Assembly (NCBI GenBank): GCA_041662565.1
Contig: JBAZSE010000003.1
Location: forward strand, 44,260-108,259
Origin: Patescibacteria group bacterium
GTDB lineage: Bacteria; Patescibacteriota; Patescibacteriia; UBA1558; UBA10009
Direction of reading: 5' to 3'
Length of the DNA: 64,000 bases
Below the pieces are notes generated by a model. It had not been told where the DNA came from and did not search any database. It saw only the letters and a list, made by a program, of their open reading frames with translations. The position numbers and the translations under genes were made by a program. Of the stretch, positions 46,416 to 55,045 are shown in pieces (the stretch's first letter is position 1; the number at the start of each line of letters is the position of its first letter).

Positions 46416-47339
46416 TTAAACCTTAATGTAGCGCCTTACTGCCAAATAACTGCTGGCCATGGTAATAATTACGGCAATTAATAACTGCCCGCCGAAAAAC
46501 ATTAAAAAGTTTTTATTAACCAAAGAAATCAAGTTAACGGTGTAATCGCGGAAAAAACTGTCTACATAGGGCTGAATTAAGGATAACAACGGATAAATTA
46601 ACAAGCACAACAAAGCAATACTAATTACGCTATACACAGCGCCTTCTATTAAAAACGGCGACCTGACAAAATTATTGGAAGCCCCAACTAATTTCATAAT
46701 ACCTATTTCCTCGCGATGAGTGTAAATGCCCACCTGAATGGTATTAAAAACCACTAAAATGGCAATAATGATAAATATTAAGCTGACTACCAAACCACCT
46801 TGCTGAATTTTTCCGGAATATTCTGAAATACCCTGGACCAATGTTTTGGCATCGGCAAATTCTTTATCATCAATTTCCAAATAACTGGCATATTCCTTTT
46901 TGGATAATTCGTTTAAAATTATAGGAAAATCTTCGATCTTATAAACATTAATGCGAATACTGCCTCGAAAGGGATTTTCGGCCAAAGCATCAAGCGATTG
47001 AATGATTAAAGTGTTATCCTTGTGCCTTTCTCTAAAATTAACCAAAGTTTGATCGGGCGTGATAAATTCTGCTTCTTTAATGGCCGATAATTTTTTAAGC
47101 TCGTCAATTAAAGTTTGTGCTTGCCCTGCCGTGGCATCCTGAGTTAAATCCACATATACATCGGTTTTGTTTTCCACCACCGCCAGAACATGCGTGGATA
47201 CCAAATTAAACAACGATAATATGCTGATGGAAAATAGCGCCAGAACAATAATGGTAATAGTAACAATGGAAAGCCAAATATTTCTGAAAAAACTTTGAAA
47301 AGCGAATTTTAAAATTTGATTTAGTTCGGAAAAAAACAT
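46416..47339 (-). CDS. ftsX: cell division permease-like protein FtsX
   Basis: N-terminal TM, large extracytoplasmic loop, three C-terminal TM helices. Directly downstream of ftsE. Confidence 0.8.
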   Translation of the reverse strand: MFFSELNQILKFAFQSFFRNIWLSIVTITIIVLALFSISILSLFNLVSTHVLAVVENKTDVYVDLTQDATAGQAQTLIDELKKLSAIKEAEFITPDQTLVNFRERHKDNTLIIQSLDALAENPFRGSIRINVYKIEDFPIILNELSKKEYASYLEIDDKEFADAKTLVQGISEYSGKIQQGGLVVSLIFIIIAILVVFNTIQVGIYTHREEIGIMKLVGASNNFVRSPFLIEGAVYSVISIALLCLLIYPLLSLIQPYVDSFFRDYTVNLISLVNKNFLMFFGGQLLIAVIITMASSYLAVRRYIKV

Positions 47340-47373
47340 AGTTTTAAAAAAATTTATAATTTAAAGTAAGAAA

Positions 47374-48066
47374 CTATAAAACGTATCTACCCTTGCTTTG
47401 ATCGGAAATAATCTGCCCCTGATCAATGGTAATTACTCTTTTTTTAAGGCCGTTAACAACCTCTCTATCATGTGTAACTAAAACAATGGTTGTACCCAAC
47501 TCATTGATTTTTTTCAGCAAATCAATAATTTCCAAAGTATTAATAGAATCCAAATTTCCGGTTGGCTCATCGGCCACCAATAATTTTGGCTTATGCACTA
47601 GCGAACGGGCAATAACCACTCTTTGCTGTTCCCCGCCCGAAAGCTGGTATGGATAGCGCTCTTCTTTGCCCTCCAAACCCACGATTTTAATAACTTGAGG
47701 CACAATGTGGATAATTTTTGACCAAGGTGAACCGCACGTTTGCAAGGCAAAAGCGATATTTTCAAAAACCGTTTTTTTGGGCAATAGCTTAAAATCCTGA
47801 AAAACCACACCGATCTGCCTTCTTAAATATGGGATCTCCCGTTCGCGAATATCCGTTATATCCCAGCCGCCAATGGTTACCCTCCCGCTGGTGGGCTTTT
47901 CTTCGGCAATTATCAAGCGCATAATGGTTGTTTTGCCGGTGCCCGATTGGCCAACAATAGAAACAAATTCGCCCGGAGCGATTTGCAAATTAACATCCTT
48001 AAGCGCCATGGTATTGGGCTTATAAAATTTGGAAACGTTGATAAGTTCAATCATGTAAAACTTCAA
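47374..48066 (-). CDS. ftsE: cell division ATP-binding protein FtsE
   Basis: GQSGTGKTT Walker A. LSGGEQQRVVIARSL ABC signature. Confidence 0.9.
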   Translation of the reverse strand: MKFYMIELINVSKFYKPNTMALKDVNLQIAPGEFVSIVGQSGTGKTTIMRLIIAEEKPTSGRVTIGGWDITDIREREIPYLRRQIGVVFQDFKLLPKKTVFENIAFALQTCGSPWSKIIHIVPQVIKIVGLEGKEERYPYQLSGGEQQRVVIARSLVHKPKLLVADEPTGNLDSINTLEIIDLLKKINELGTTIVLVTHDREVVNGLKKRVITIDQGQIISDQSKGRYVL

Positions 48067-49327
48067 TCTTAACCGGCATAACGCCGCTTGATAATAAACC
48101 TATTTCTTTAAAAGCGACCTTGTCCAAATCAATAATCCTATTGGTCTGAATCTGGGGACCATAATCATTAACCTCTACCACCACCGATTTGCCCCGGTAT
48201 TTACCGTTGGCCTGATTAGTCACTTTTAATTTGGTGCCCTTGGGGAAATCACGCGATGCCGCGAATAATCCTTTTTTCCAGGAATACCAGCTGGCTTGAC
48301 CTACCCATTGGCTACTTTCTTGGAACAAGGCAACTTGTGCCAAATCCTTCTCTATTATAGCAGTTACTGTTTTATTTTTGTAGTCATCAAATGATTCTAA
48401 TTTTTCCCAAGTTTCATTATTAAGCCAATAAGCGCTTTTTGCCTGCTTGGAAGAGGTTTCGTAAGGCAAAATTATTTCATAAGAATAACTGCCGGGATTT
48501 TTTTGGCAATTAATTTGATTGATTTTAGCTAAAGTCGCCCCCAAAACCCAGCCAGTACCTTTACTTAAACCGGACGGTTGCAAAATATCGGCCGAATACC
48601 TTTCTTGAAATGTCTTAACCGCGCCAAAAGTTACATTGCCGTAATAACCACTAATTGGCAAATCATTAAAACCCTCGGTTTCTTTTAAAAACAATTGGAG
48701 TTTTTTTACCTCTGATGTAGGGTTGGATTTATCCGACTTAAAAAAATTTTGCAAATAAGGACGGCAAATTTTACTAAACATTAATTGGCTGGATTCCTCG
48801 CCAACGGCAAAAGAAAATGTTTCTGAAATCTTAATCGGTTCCTGATTTTGAGTTGGTGTTTGAGTTAAATTAGAGCCGACAACCACCAATTTATTTTCCT
48901 TGCCCTTTAAACTAAAAGTTAAATTATTATTAAAGGCTCGATTACTGGCCATGGCCCATTTTTGAGTCAAGGAATTAAAATAATAAATTGTTTTACCTTT
49001 TTCCGGGCCACCCGGATAATTTATTGTTATGGTAAATTCCGATTCTTCAGTTATTGCCGAGGAATAAATATAATAAGAAAACACCTCGCTTAAGGCGTTT
49101 AAATCAGCAGGCAACTGTTCTTGGGGATGGCGGTAAAAATAAACATCCAAGGGCTGTTGATATTTTTGGCTAGGAATTTTAATTTGAAATAAATTATCGC
49201 TTGAAATAAATTGACCACCTCGCCAGGTTTGGTTTGCTTCAAAATGTAAATTTTCCGCCAGAGCCAGCTTGGGCGAAAAGCTTAAAAAAATTACAATCAT
49301 CAGTAAAAAAAAACGGCCGAATTGCAT
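48047..49327 (-). CDS. secreted RlpA-like (double-psi beta-barrel) protein with PG_binding_1 domain
   Basis: Signal peptide. LQLFLKETEGFNDLPISGYYGNVTFGAVKTFQ (peptidoglycan-binding domain). C-terminal GQASWYSW ... VEVNDYGP ... IDLDKVAF (RlpA/3D DPBB motif). Confidence 0.65.
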   Translation of the reverse strand: MQFGRFFLLMIVIFLSFSPKLALAENLHFEANQTWRGGQFISSDNLFQIKIPSQKYQQPLDVYFYRHPQEQLPADLNALSEVFSYYIYSSAITEESEFTITINYPGGPEKGKTIYYFNSLTQKWAMASNRAFNNNLTFSLKGKENKLVVVGSNLTQTPTQNQEPIKISETFSFAVGEESSQLMFSKICRPYLQNFFKSDKSNPTSEVKKLQLFLKETEGFNDLPISGYYGNVTFGAVKTFQERYSADILQPSGLSKGTGWVLGATLAKINQINCQKNPGSYSYEIILPYETSSKQAKSAYWLNNETWEKLESFDDYKNKTVTAIIEKDLAQVALFQESSQWVGQASWYSWKKGLFAASRDFPKGTKLKVTNQANGKYRGKSVVVEVNDYGPQIQTNRIIDLDKVAFKEIGLLSSGVMPVKIEVLHD

Positions 49328-49359
49328 ATTTCAAAAAAAGTATTATAATATTAATCTAT

Positions 49360-49433
49360 GCAGGTATAGTTTAACGGTAGAATATATCCTTCCCAAGGAT
49401 AGGGTACGGGTTCAATTCCCGTTACCTGCTCCA
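49360..49433 (+). tRNA. tRNA-Gly (anticodon CCC), CCA encoded
   Basis: Cloverleaf GCAGGTA/TACCTGC acceptor, anticodon loop CTTCCCAAG, T-arm GGTTCAATTCC. Confidence 0.85.
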
Positions 49434-49475
49434 TTCGACTCGTCCCGACATTCGTCGGGACTCGCTTTAATTCCT

Positions 49476-49551
49476 GCCGATGTAGCTCAATTGGTAGAGC
49501 AACGGTATCGTAAACCGTAGGTTGTCGGTTCAATTCCGACCATCGGCTCCA
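49476..49551 (+). tRNA. tRNA-Thr (anticodon CGT), CCA encoded
   Basis: Acceptor GCCGATG/CATCGGC, D-arm TAGCTCAATTGGTAGAGCA, anticodon stem ACGGT/ACCGT with loop ATCGTAA. Confidence 0.85.
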
Positions 49552-49590
49552 TTAGATTTACTCCGACATTTGTCGGATCTAAAGATATAA

Positions 49591-51120
49591 CTAAATTCTA
49601 ATTAAAGTCAGTACCTTGGCTTTTTTTATTTGTTCGTTTAAATAATCTTCAAAGGAAGCTTTTTTCAAAAAAAGCTGACTGATATGGTAATAGGGCTGGC
49701 CGTTTTTGCTATCCACTACCCTTTCCAATAATTTAATTACGTGGTAACCGGCGCTGCTTTCAAAAACCTGACTTAATTCACCCGGATTTAAACTGATAAA
49801 TTGCAATTCAAACTCGGGTAAAATTTCTCCCAAATGAAACCAGCCCAAATCACCGACTGTCAATTTGGTTTCATCTTCATTTATTTCACCGGCAACTTGG
49901 GAAAAATCATTTTCTTGATTAACCAGCTTGGTGCGATAATCTTCCAATTTGGCTTTAATTTCCTGATTGCCCTGGGTTTGATTGAAATTTTGTTCCACCT
50001 TTTGGGCTAAAATTAAAGGTCTGATTATTTTTTCGCTATACTGGTTTAAATCCCAGCCGTACAAATTTTTAATCGCCTGGGCGAGTTGTTCCAAAGTGCC
50101 GGAATTGGCAACCATAAAATCAATTTCATTTTGCACTTCATCATCTTGCACTTTAAACTGCTGTTTTTTAGCCATTTCGGCAATAACTTCTTTTTGCAGC
50201 AAACTTTGCAAAACCTGCTTTTGAGCGGAAATTTTACTATTGGAACTTGTTAAAACTTTAAAGCGTTTTTGATATGCCAAAAAAGCATCCGTATCTTCGT
50301 AAAAAACTTTTAAGCTGATAAAATGGCCGTTAACATAAACAGCCGGCAAAGGAATTATAGCTGCTGTTTTTCTAATTAAAGTATTATCCCAGTTGGCAAA
50401 ATAAATTCCTGCTAACGAAACAACGGCAAAAATCATCACACCGGTTAAGATGCTGGATAAAGGCAGCCAAAGCTTGGCCCAATGCTTTTTTAGAGGCAAA
50501 GAAGGTAATTCTTTAACTAACGGCTTTAATTTTTGGACTAAAGGAACCGGATCAATCAGCGGCTTAACCAAGTTTTTTATTACCGCAACCGGTGCCGGCT
50601 TATTTTTTATTAAATTTGAAAAATCGGTTGAGGCGTTGCTGCCGGCTAATTGTTCTAAAACAGCCGAACGGATTGCAGCAAGAGGCAAATTATTTTTAGC
50701 TTCTGCTCTAATTGGACCAGGCAAGGGCTTGATTTCTTTTTTAACGGTGGTTGAATTACTTGGTTCTGCTTCCGGTTTGGCTGGAGCAACACTAACAACA
50801 TTATCCACAGGCAGCTCCGCAATAGCTTGAGTGATCTTTTCCTTATAACCTTCTTCAATAATTTTTTTGGTTTTTAGAGAAATCTTTTCTTTGTTAACGG
50901 GCGTTAAAACAGGCGTTGTTTTTTTTGTTTTTTTATTCGCCACAACCTTGGTTTTAACTGCGGGTTTTTTAACCCTGGCAACTTTCTTTATCACCTTAAT
51001 GGGCTTTACCACCTTAATCGGTTTTTTTTCTTTAATTGCCTTAGCCGGCTTGGCTGGAGCTAAGGGTTGTTGAGGTTCTTGGGCAATAGAAAAATCTTTT
51101 TTAAAGCTATTAATAACCAT
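49591..51120 (-). CDS. membrane-anchored PpiC/parvulin-type peptidyl-prolyl isomerase (PrsA/SurA-like) with Lys/Pro-rich N-terminal tail
   Basis: C-terminal GDLGWFHLGEILPEFE ... GYHVIKL parvulin motif. One TM around residue 215. N-terminal KPxK repeats. Confidence 0.7.
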   Translation of the reverse strand: MVINSFKKDFSIAQEPQQPLAPAKPAKAIKEKKPIKVVKPIKVIKKVARVKKPAVKTKVVANKKTKKTTPVLTPVNKEKISLKTKKIIEEGYKEKITQAIAELPVDNVVSVAPAKPEAEPSNSTTVKKEIKPLPGPIRAEAKNNLPLAAIRSAVLEQLAGSNASTDFSNLIKNKPAPVAVIKNLVKPLIDPVPLVQKLKPLVKELPSLPLKKHWAKLWLPLSSILTGVMIFAVVSLAGIYFANWDNTLIRKTAAIIPLPAVYVNGHFISLKVFYEDTDAFLAYQKRFKVLTSSNSKISAQKQVLQSLLQKEVIAEMAKKQQFKVQDDEVQNEIDFMVANSGTLEQLAQAIKNLYGWDLNQYSEKIIRPLILAQKVEQNFNQTQGNQEIKAKLEDYRTKLVNQENDFSQVAGEINEDETKLTVGDLGWFHLGEILPEFELQFISLNPGELSQVFESSAGYHVIKLLERVVDSKNGQPYYHISQLFLKKASFEDYLNEQIKKAKVLTLIRI

Positions 51121-51129
51121 CTTTTTATT

Positions 51130-51537
51130 TTAGTTTGTTTTAAAAAAATAAATCCACCATTTTACCGGATTGGGCACGTAGTCGGGCAAATTTTGAGCGG
51201 CTAGTACCGAAAGCTTGTCCGACATTTTTGAATCATTAATATTTTCCGGCACAATGATTATTTTTTCCCCCGGCTTTTTTAAATTTAATTTTGTTCTGGC
51301 AACTTCTTCCACAAAATCGGGAGTTTTATAATAATCTATCAAACTGCCCAACTGTTGATTTTTGCCTTCCAAATCATTTATTTGCCCTTGATAAACGGCT
51401 ATTTCACCTTCCAATTCGCGACGATTAATAATTTGGCTAACTAAATTAATCGAAAAAAATAGCAAGACCAATAAACTGGCCAAAAAAAGAACTTTTGAAC
51501 CCAAAATTCTTCCAATTATTGACCTTTGTCCACTCAT
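51130..51537 (-). CDS. septum formation initiator FtsB/DivIC-like
   Basis: Single TM plus a coiled coil (ELEGEIAVYQGQINDLEGKNQQL), the typical FtsB/DivIC architecture. Confidence 0.65.
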   Translation of the reverse strand: MSGQRSIIGRILGSKVLFLASLLVLLFFSINLVSQIINRRELEGEIAVYQGQINDLEGKNQQLGSLIDYYKTPDFVEEVARTKLNLKKPGEKIIIVPENINDSKMSDKLSVLAAQNLPDYVPNPVKWWIYFFKTN

Positions 51538-51593
51538 ACGATTACAAAATTATAACACAAAAACAGTATTTCTGCCAATTTAATTCTTAATAA

Positions 51594-52085
51594 CTAATTG
51601 CTGGCTTCTTTTTTTAATTCCAATAACAATTGCTGAACTTTATCTGGCCTGGGGATTTTACTAACAACCAGGGCATTTTCCAAACCATGGGCCTGAATTC
51701 TTAATGAGCCATATTTACCGATTGTTTGCCAAAAACCCTTCTTTCTATAAGCCACATCTTGAATACTTGGATAATCGGTTTCTGCTACCAAACGGTCAAA
51801 AAAACCCTTTTGTTTGATTAAAATCAACCGCTGGTTGGTAATTAAAAAAACATTATATGACCAAATCAAGTAAACTCTGATAATGGCCAAAATGCCAATA
51901 ATTGTCAAAAAAAGAAAAATTCCCAAACCCAATTTTTGCCATCTAAAAAGCAAAAACATTAAAAAAAACGGCAAAACAATTAACAATAAAGCCAGTAGAC
52001 CTGGCTTAAAAAAAACCAGAACATGCTGATGGATAACTCTCAACAGCACTTCATTATTTTTTAAAAATCTGCTAAAATTAAGCAT
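51594..52085 (-). CDS. membrane protein with bacterial PH-like domain (bPH_2/YdbS-like)
   Basis: Two TM helices followed by an ITNQRLILIKQ-containing beta-rich domain. Confidence 0.45.
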   Translation of the reverse strand: MLNFSRFLKNNEVLLRVIHQHVLVFFKPGLLALLLIVLPFFLMFLLFRWQKLGLGIFLFLTIIGILAIIRVYLIWSYNVFLITNQRLILIKQKGFFDRLVAETDYPSIQDVAYRKKGFWQTIGKYGSLRIQAHGLENALVVSKIPRPDKVQQLLLELKKEASN

Positions 52086-52241
52086 GTTGCTATTAATATT
52101 TAACCCATTTGCCTTATGAACCGCAAAACCATCAAAATAATTTGGATCGTCTTAAGCTTTATTATGATCCTATCCATGCTCAGTTGGAGCTTAAGTTCTC
52201 TGTTCTACTAATATTTAGTTTACAATAAAAAGGTCTTTTTC

Positions 52242-52265
52242 AAAAGCTGAGAATTTCAGCTTTTT
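52242..52265. terminator. hairpin terminator overlapping the stop of the PEP-utilizer gene
   Basis: AAAGCTGA-gaatt-TCAGCTTT followed by TTAATTTT. Confidence 0.4.
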
Positions 52266-53272
52266 AATTTTCTGATAATCCCCTTGTTGGCGTCAACCTC
52301 AACCAAATCCCCGTCATGCAAAACCTGCGTGGCGATTTTGGTGCCGATAATGCATGGTATTCCTAATTCCCTGGCCACAATAGCGGCATGACAGGTGATA
52401 CCTCCTTCATCGGTAATAATAGCACCAGCCTTTTTCATAGCGGAAATAAAGTCGGGCGTGGTCATAGGTGAAACTAAAATTTCATCGGACAATAAAGAGC
52501 CGACTTGATTTTTTCTCTTAATAATTCTAACCCGGCCTGTGACATGTCCAGGCCTAGCAACTTGACCTTTCAAATAATTTGAATTACCGACTTTATGAAG
52601 AAAAAAATGATACTTTTGGTTGTGCCTGACAAAATTTTCTATTGAAGTTATCTTTGGCTTGCTACTAATGATCATTAGGCAATTTTTGAATCTCCCTTTT
52701 AATACCTTTTCATTTGGCGGCGCTTCAATCTCGTTTATTAAAATTGATATAGCCATGCCTTTAACGCGCGGATATAAGTATTCAAGAGTATTTTTAATCA
52801 AACAATCCATGCGATCATAAAATTCGTCTTTGCTTCTGGCACGGATAGCCGTATTCCTAATTGGTTTAGGTGTTTTATCATCAAGACCCGAATAATAAAA
52901 CGCGACAAATGTACGTGTGCCGCGCTTTAACAATTCAATTAACTTTTTTAATTGGCCCACTGAAGTTAAACGATTTTTTTTAACAATCGGCTTAAGTTCA
53001 CTTAATACTTTAGCGTGTTCATTAATAATGACATTTAAAAATTCTTTATCCTGAATATTTTTCTTAAGCAGTTGTGATGAGAACCATTTCATGGCTCGCT
53101 TATTCTCCCATATTTCAACGATCCCGTCATTAACGTAATTGACGATGGGAGGAAAATTAGGATTAACATTGCCAAAATAATCATACAAGTGGGCCTCACC
53201 CCAAACTTCCTGGATAATTAAACAGTTATCGCGGGTGTACTTTTTTTCTAAAAAAATTTTTTCCATAATCAT
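52256..53272 (-). CDS. PEP-utilizing-enzyme mobile (phosphohistidine) domain protein
   Basis: C-terminal GGITCHAAIVARELGIPCIIG signature of the swivelling His domain of PPDK/PEP synthase/rifampin phosphotransferase. The N-terminal 230 aa are unassigned. Confidence 0.7.
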   Translation of the reverse strand: MIMEKIFLEKKYTRDNCLIIQEVWGEAHLYDYFGNVNPNFPPIVNYVNDGIVEIWENKRAMKWFSSQLLKKNIQDKEFLNVIINEHAKVLSELKPIVKKNRLTSVGQLKKLIELLKRGTRTFVAFYYSGLDDKTPKPIRNTAIRARSKDEFYDRMDCLIKNTLEYLYPRVKGMAISILINEIEAPPNEKVLKGRFKNCLMIISSKPKITSIENFVRHNQKYHFFLHKVGNSNYLKGQVARPGHVTGRVRIIKRKNQVGSLLSDEILVSPMTTPDFISAMKKAGAIITDEGGITCHAAIVARELGIPCIIGTKIATQVLHDGDLVEVDANKGIIRKLKS

Positions 53273-55044
53273 CTTTTTAACACAGCCATAAACGCTTCTT
53301 GGGGAATATCAACTTTGCCAGTGCCCATAGCCATCATTTTCTTTTTGCCTTTCTTTTGTTTTTCCAATAACTTGCGTTTACGGGTAACATCACCGCCATA
53401 AAGTTTGGCAGTTACGTCTTTTTTCATAGCGCTAATGCGTTCTCCGGCAATAATTTTTCCGCCCACCGCGGCTTGAATTTTAACTACAAACATCTGCTTG
53501 GGCAAAATATCTTTTAAGGCAGTAACAATCCTTTTACCGGCTTTAAAAGCATCATCTTCATAAACAATGGTGGAAAGCGCGTCTACCAAATCATCAGCTA
53601 CTAAAATATCCATTCTCACAACTCGAGCCGGACGGTAATCCAATAATTCGTAGTTCATGGAAGCATAGCCCGATGATAAACTTTTTAAATTATCGTAAAA
53701 ATCAGTCAGAATTGCAGAAAGTGGAATATGGTAATGCAAAATTGTCCGGTTCTCATCCAGATATTCGGTTGTTTGGTATTCTCCCCTGCTTTCCTGAATC
53801 AGCTTCATTAAACCGCCTAAATAATCTTTAGGTGTAATAATATCCAGCTTAACATAAGGTTCTTCCACCTCGGCCACTTGCCCCGAATCGGGCAACTCTT
53901 GAGGAGAGTGAATGATTGTATTTTTGCCGTTTGAAAGCTTAACTTTGTAAGCTACCGAAGGCGTGGTAATCACTAGATCCAAGCCGTATTCCCGGCGCAA
54001 GCGTTCTTGGAAGATTTCCAAATGCAACATGCCCAAAAAACCGCACCTAAAACCGTAACCCAAAGCCGGGGAATTTTCCGGCTCATAAAACAGGGCGGAA
54101 TCGTTTAATTTTAATTTATCAATGCCTTCGCGCAAACGCTGGTAATCATCCCCTTCTTTGCAAAAAACGCCTGCAAACACCATTGGTTTTACTTCTTTAT
54201 AGCCGTGAAGCAATTGCGCCGGATCAGAAGCCAAGGTAATCGTATCGCCCACTCTGGCTTTATCCAATTGTTTTAAACCGGTAACGATATATCCGATTTC
54301 CCCTGATTCCAATTTATCGGCTTTTTGAAATTCCGGCTTAAAATAACCTACTTCCAAAATTTCACTGGTTTCATTTGCGGCTAGAAAACGAATTTTTTGG
54401 CCGGCTGTTAACGAACCGTTCTTAAGCCGAACATATGCCACAACGCCTTTATAGTCATTAAATTCCGAATCAAAAATCAAGGCCTGGACTTGAGCCGAAC
54501 TATTGCCTTGCGGTGGCGGAGTTTTTGCTATTACCTCCTCCAAAACTTGCGCGACATTTTGGCCGGTTTTGGCGGAAACTTCAATAATATCATCAGGTGC
54601 GCAACCTAATAAATTTACTATTTCTTTACGCACTTTTTCCGGATGAGCGGCCGGCAAATCAATCTTATTCATCACCGGGATAATGGTTAAATTTTGCTCC
54701 AAAGCCAGATATAAATTAGCTACGGTTTGGGCTTCTATGCCCTGCGAAGCATCAACCAGCAAAATAGCCGATTCCACGGCCGCCAAAGATCGTGAGACCT
54801 CGTAGGTAAAATCAGCATGGCCCGGAGTATCAATTAAATTTAAAATATATCCCTGATAATCCATGCGCACGGGCTGAAGTTTTATGGTAATGCCCCGTTC
54901 GCGTTCCAGATCCATCCGATCCAATAGCTGATTTTTCATTTTCCGGCTTTCCACGGTTTTAGTGATTTCCAAAAAACGATCAGCCAAAGTTGATTTACCA
55001 TGATCAATATGCGCGATGATACAAAAGTTACGGATATTATTCAT
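53269..55044 (-). CDS. lepA: elongation factor 4
   Basis: NFCIIAHIDHGKSTLADR GTPase and LepA C-terminal domain. Confidence 0.9.
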   Translation of the reverse strand: MNNIRNFCIIAHIDHGKSTLADRFLEITKTVESRKMKNQLLDRMDLERERGITIKLQPVRMDYQGYILNLIDTPGHADFTYEVSRSLAAVESAILLVDASQGIEAQTVANLYLALEQNLTIIPVMNKIDLPAAHPEKVRKEIVNLLGCAPDDIIEVSAKTGQNVAQVLEEVIAKTPPPQGNSSAQVQALIFDSEFNDYKGVVAYVRLKNGSLTAGQKIRFLAANETSEILEVGYFKPEFQKADKLESGEIGYIVTGLKQLDKARVGDTITLASDPAQLLHGYKEVKPMVFAGVFCKEGDDYQRLREGIDKLKLNDSALFYEPENSPALGYGFRCGFLGMLHLEIFQERLRREYGLDLVITTPSVAYKVKLSNGKNTIIHSPQELPDSGQVAEVEEPYVKLDIITPKDYLGGLMKLIQESRGEYQTTEYLDENRTILHYHIPLSAILTDFYDNLKSLSSGYASMNYELLDYRPARVVRMDILVADDLVDALSTIVYEDDAFKAGKRIVTALKDILPKQMFVVKIQAAVGGKIIAGERISAMKKDVTAKLYGGDVTRKRKLLEKQKKGKKKMMAMGTGKVDIPQEAFMAVLKR

Positions 55045-55045
55045 A

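Noticed and set aside
49351-49533. 60-aa minus-strand ORF and 83-aa plus-strand ORF (49269..49520) overlapping the tRNA pair
   Set aside because: The region folds into two canonical tRNAs (Gly-CCC, Thr-CGT). The ORFs are by-products of GC-rich tRNA sequence.
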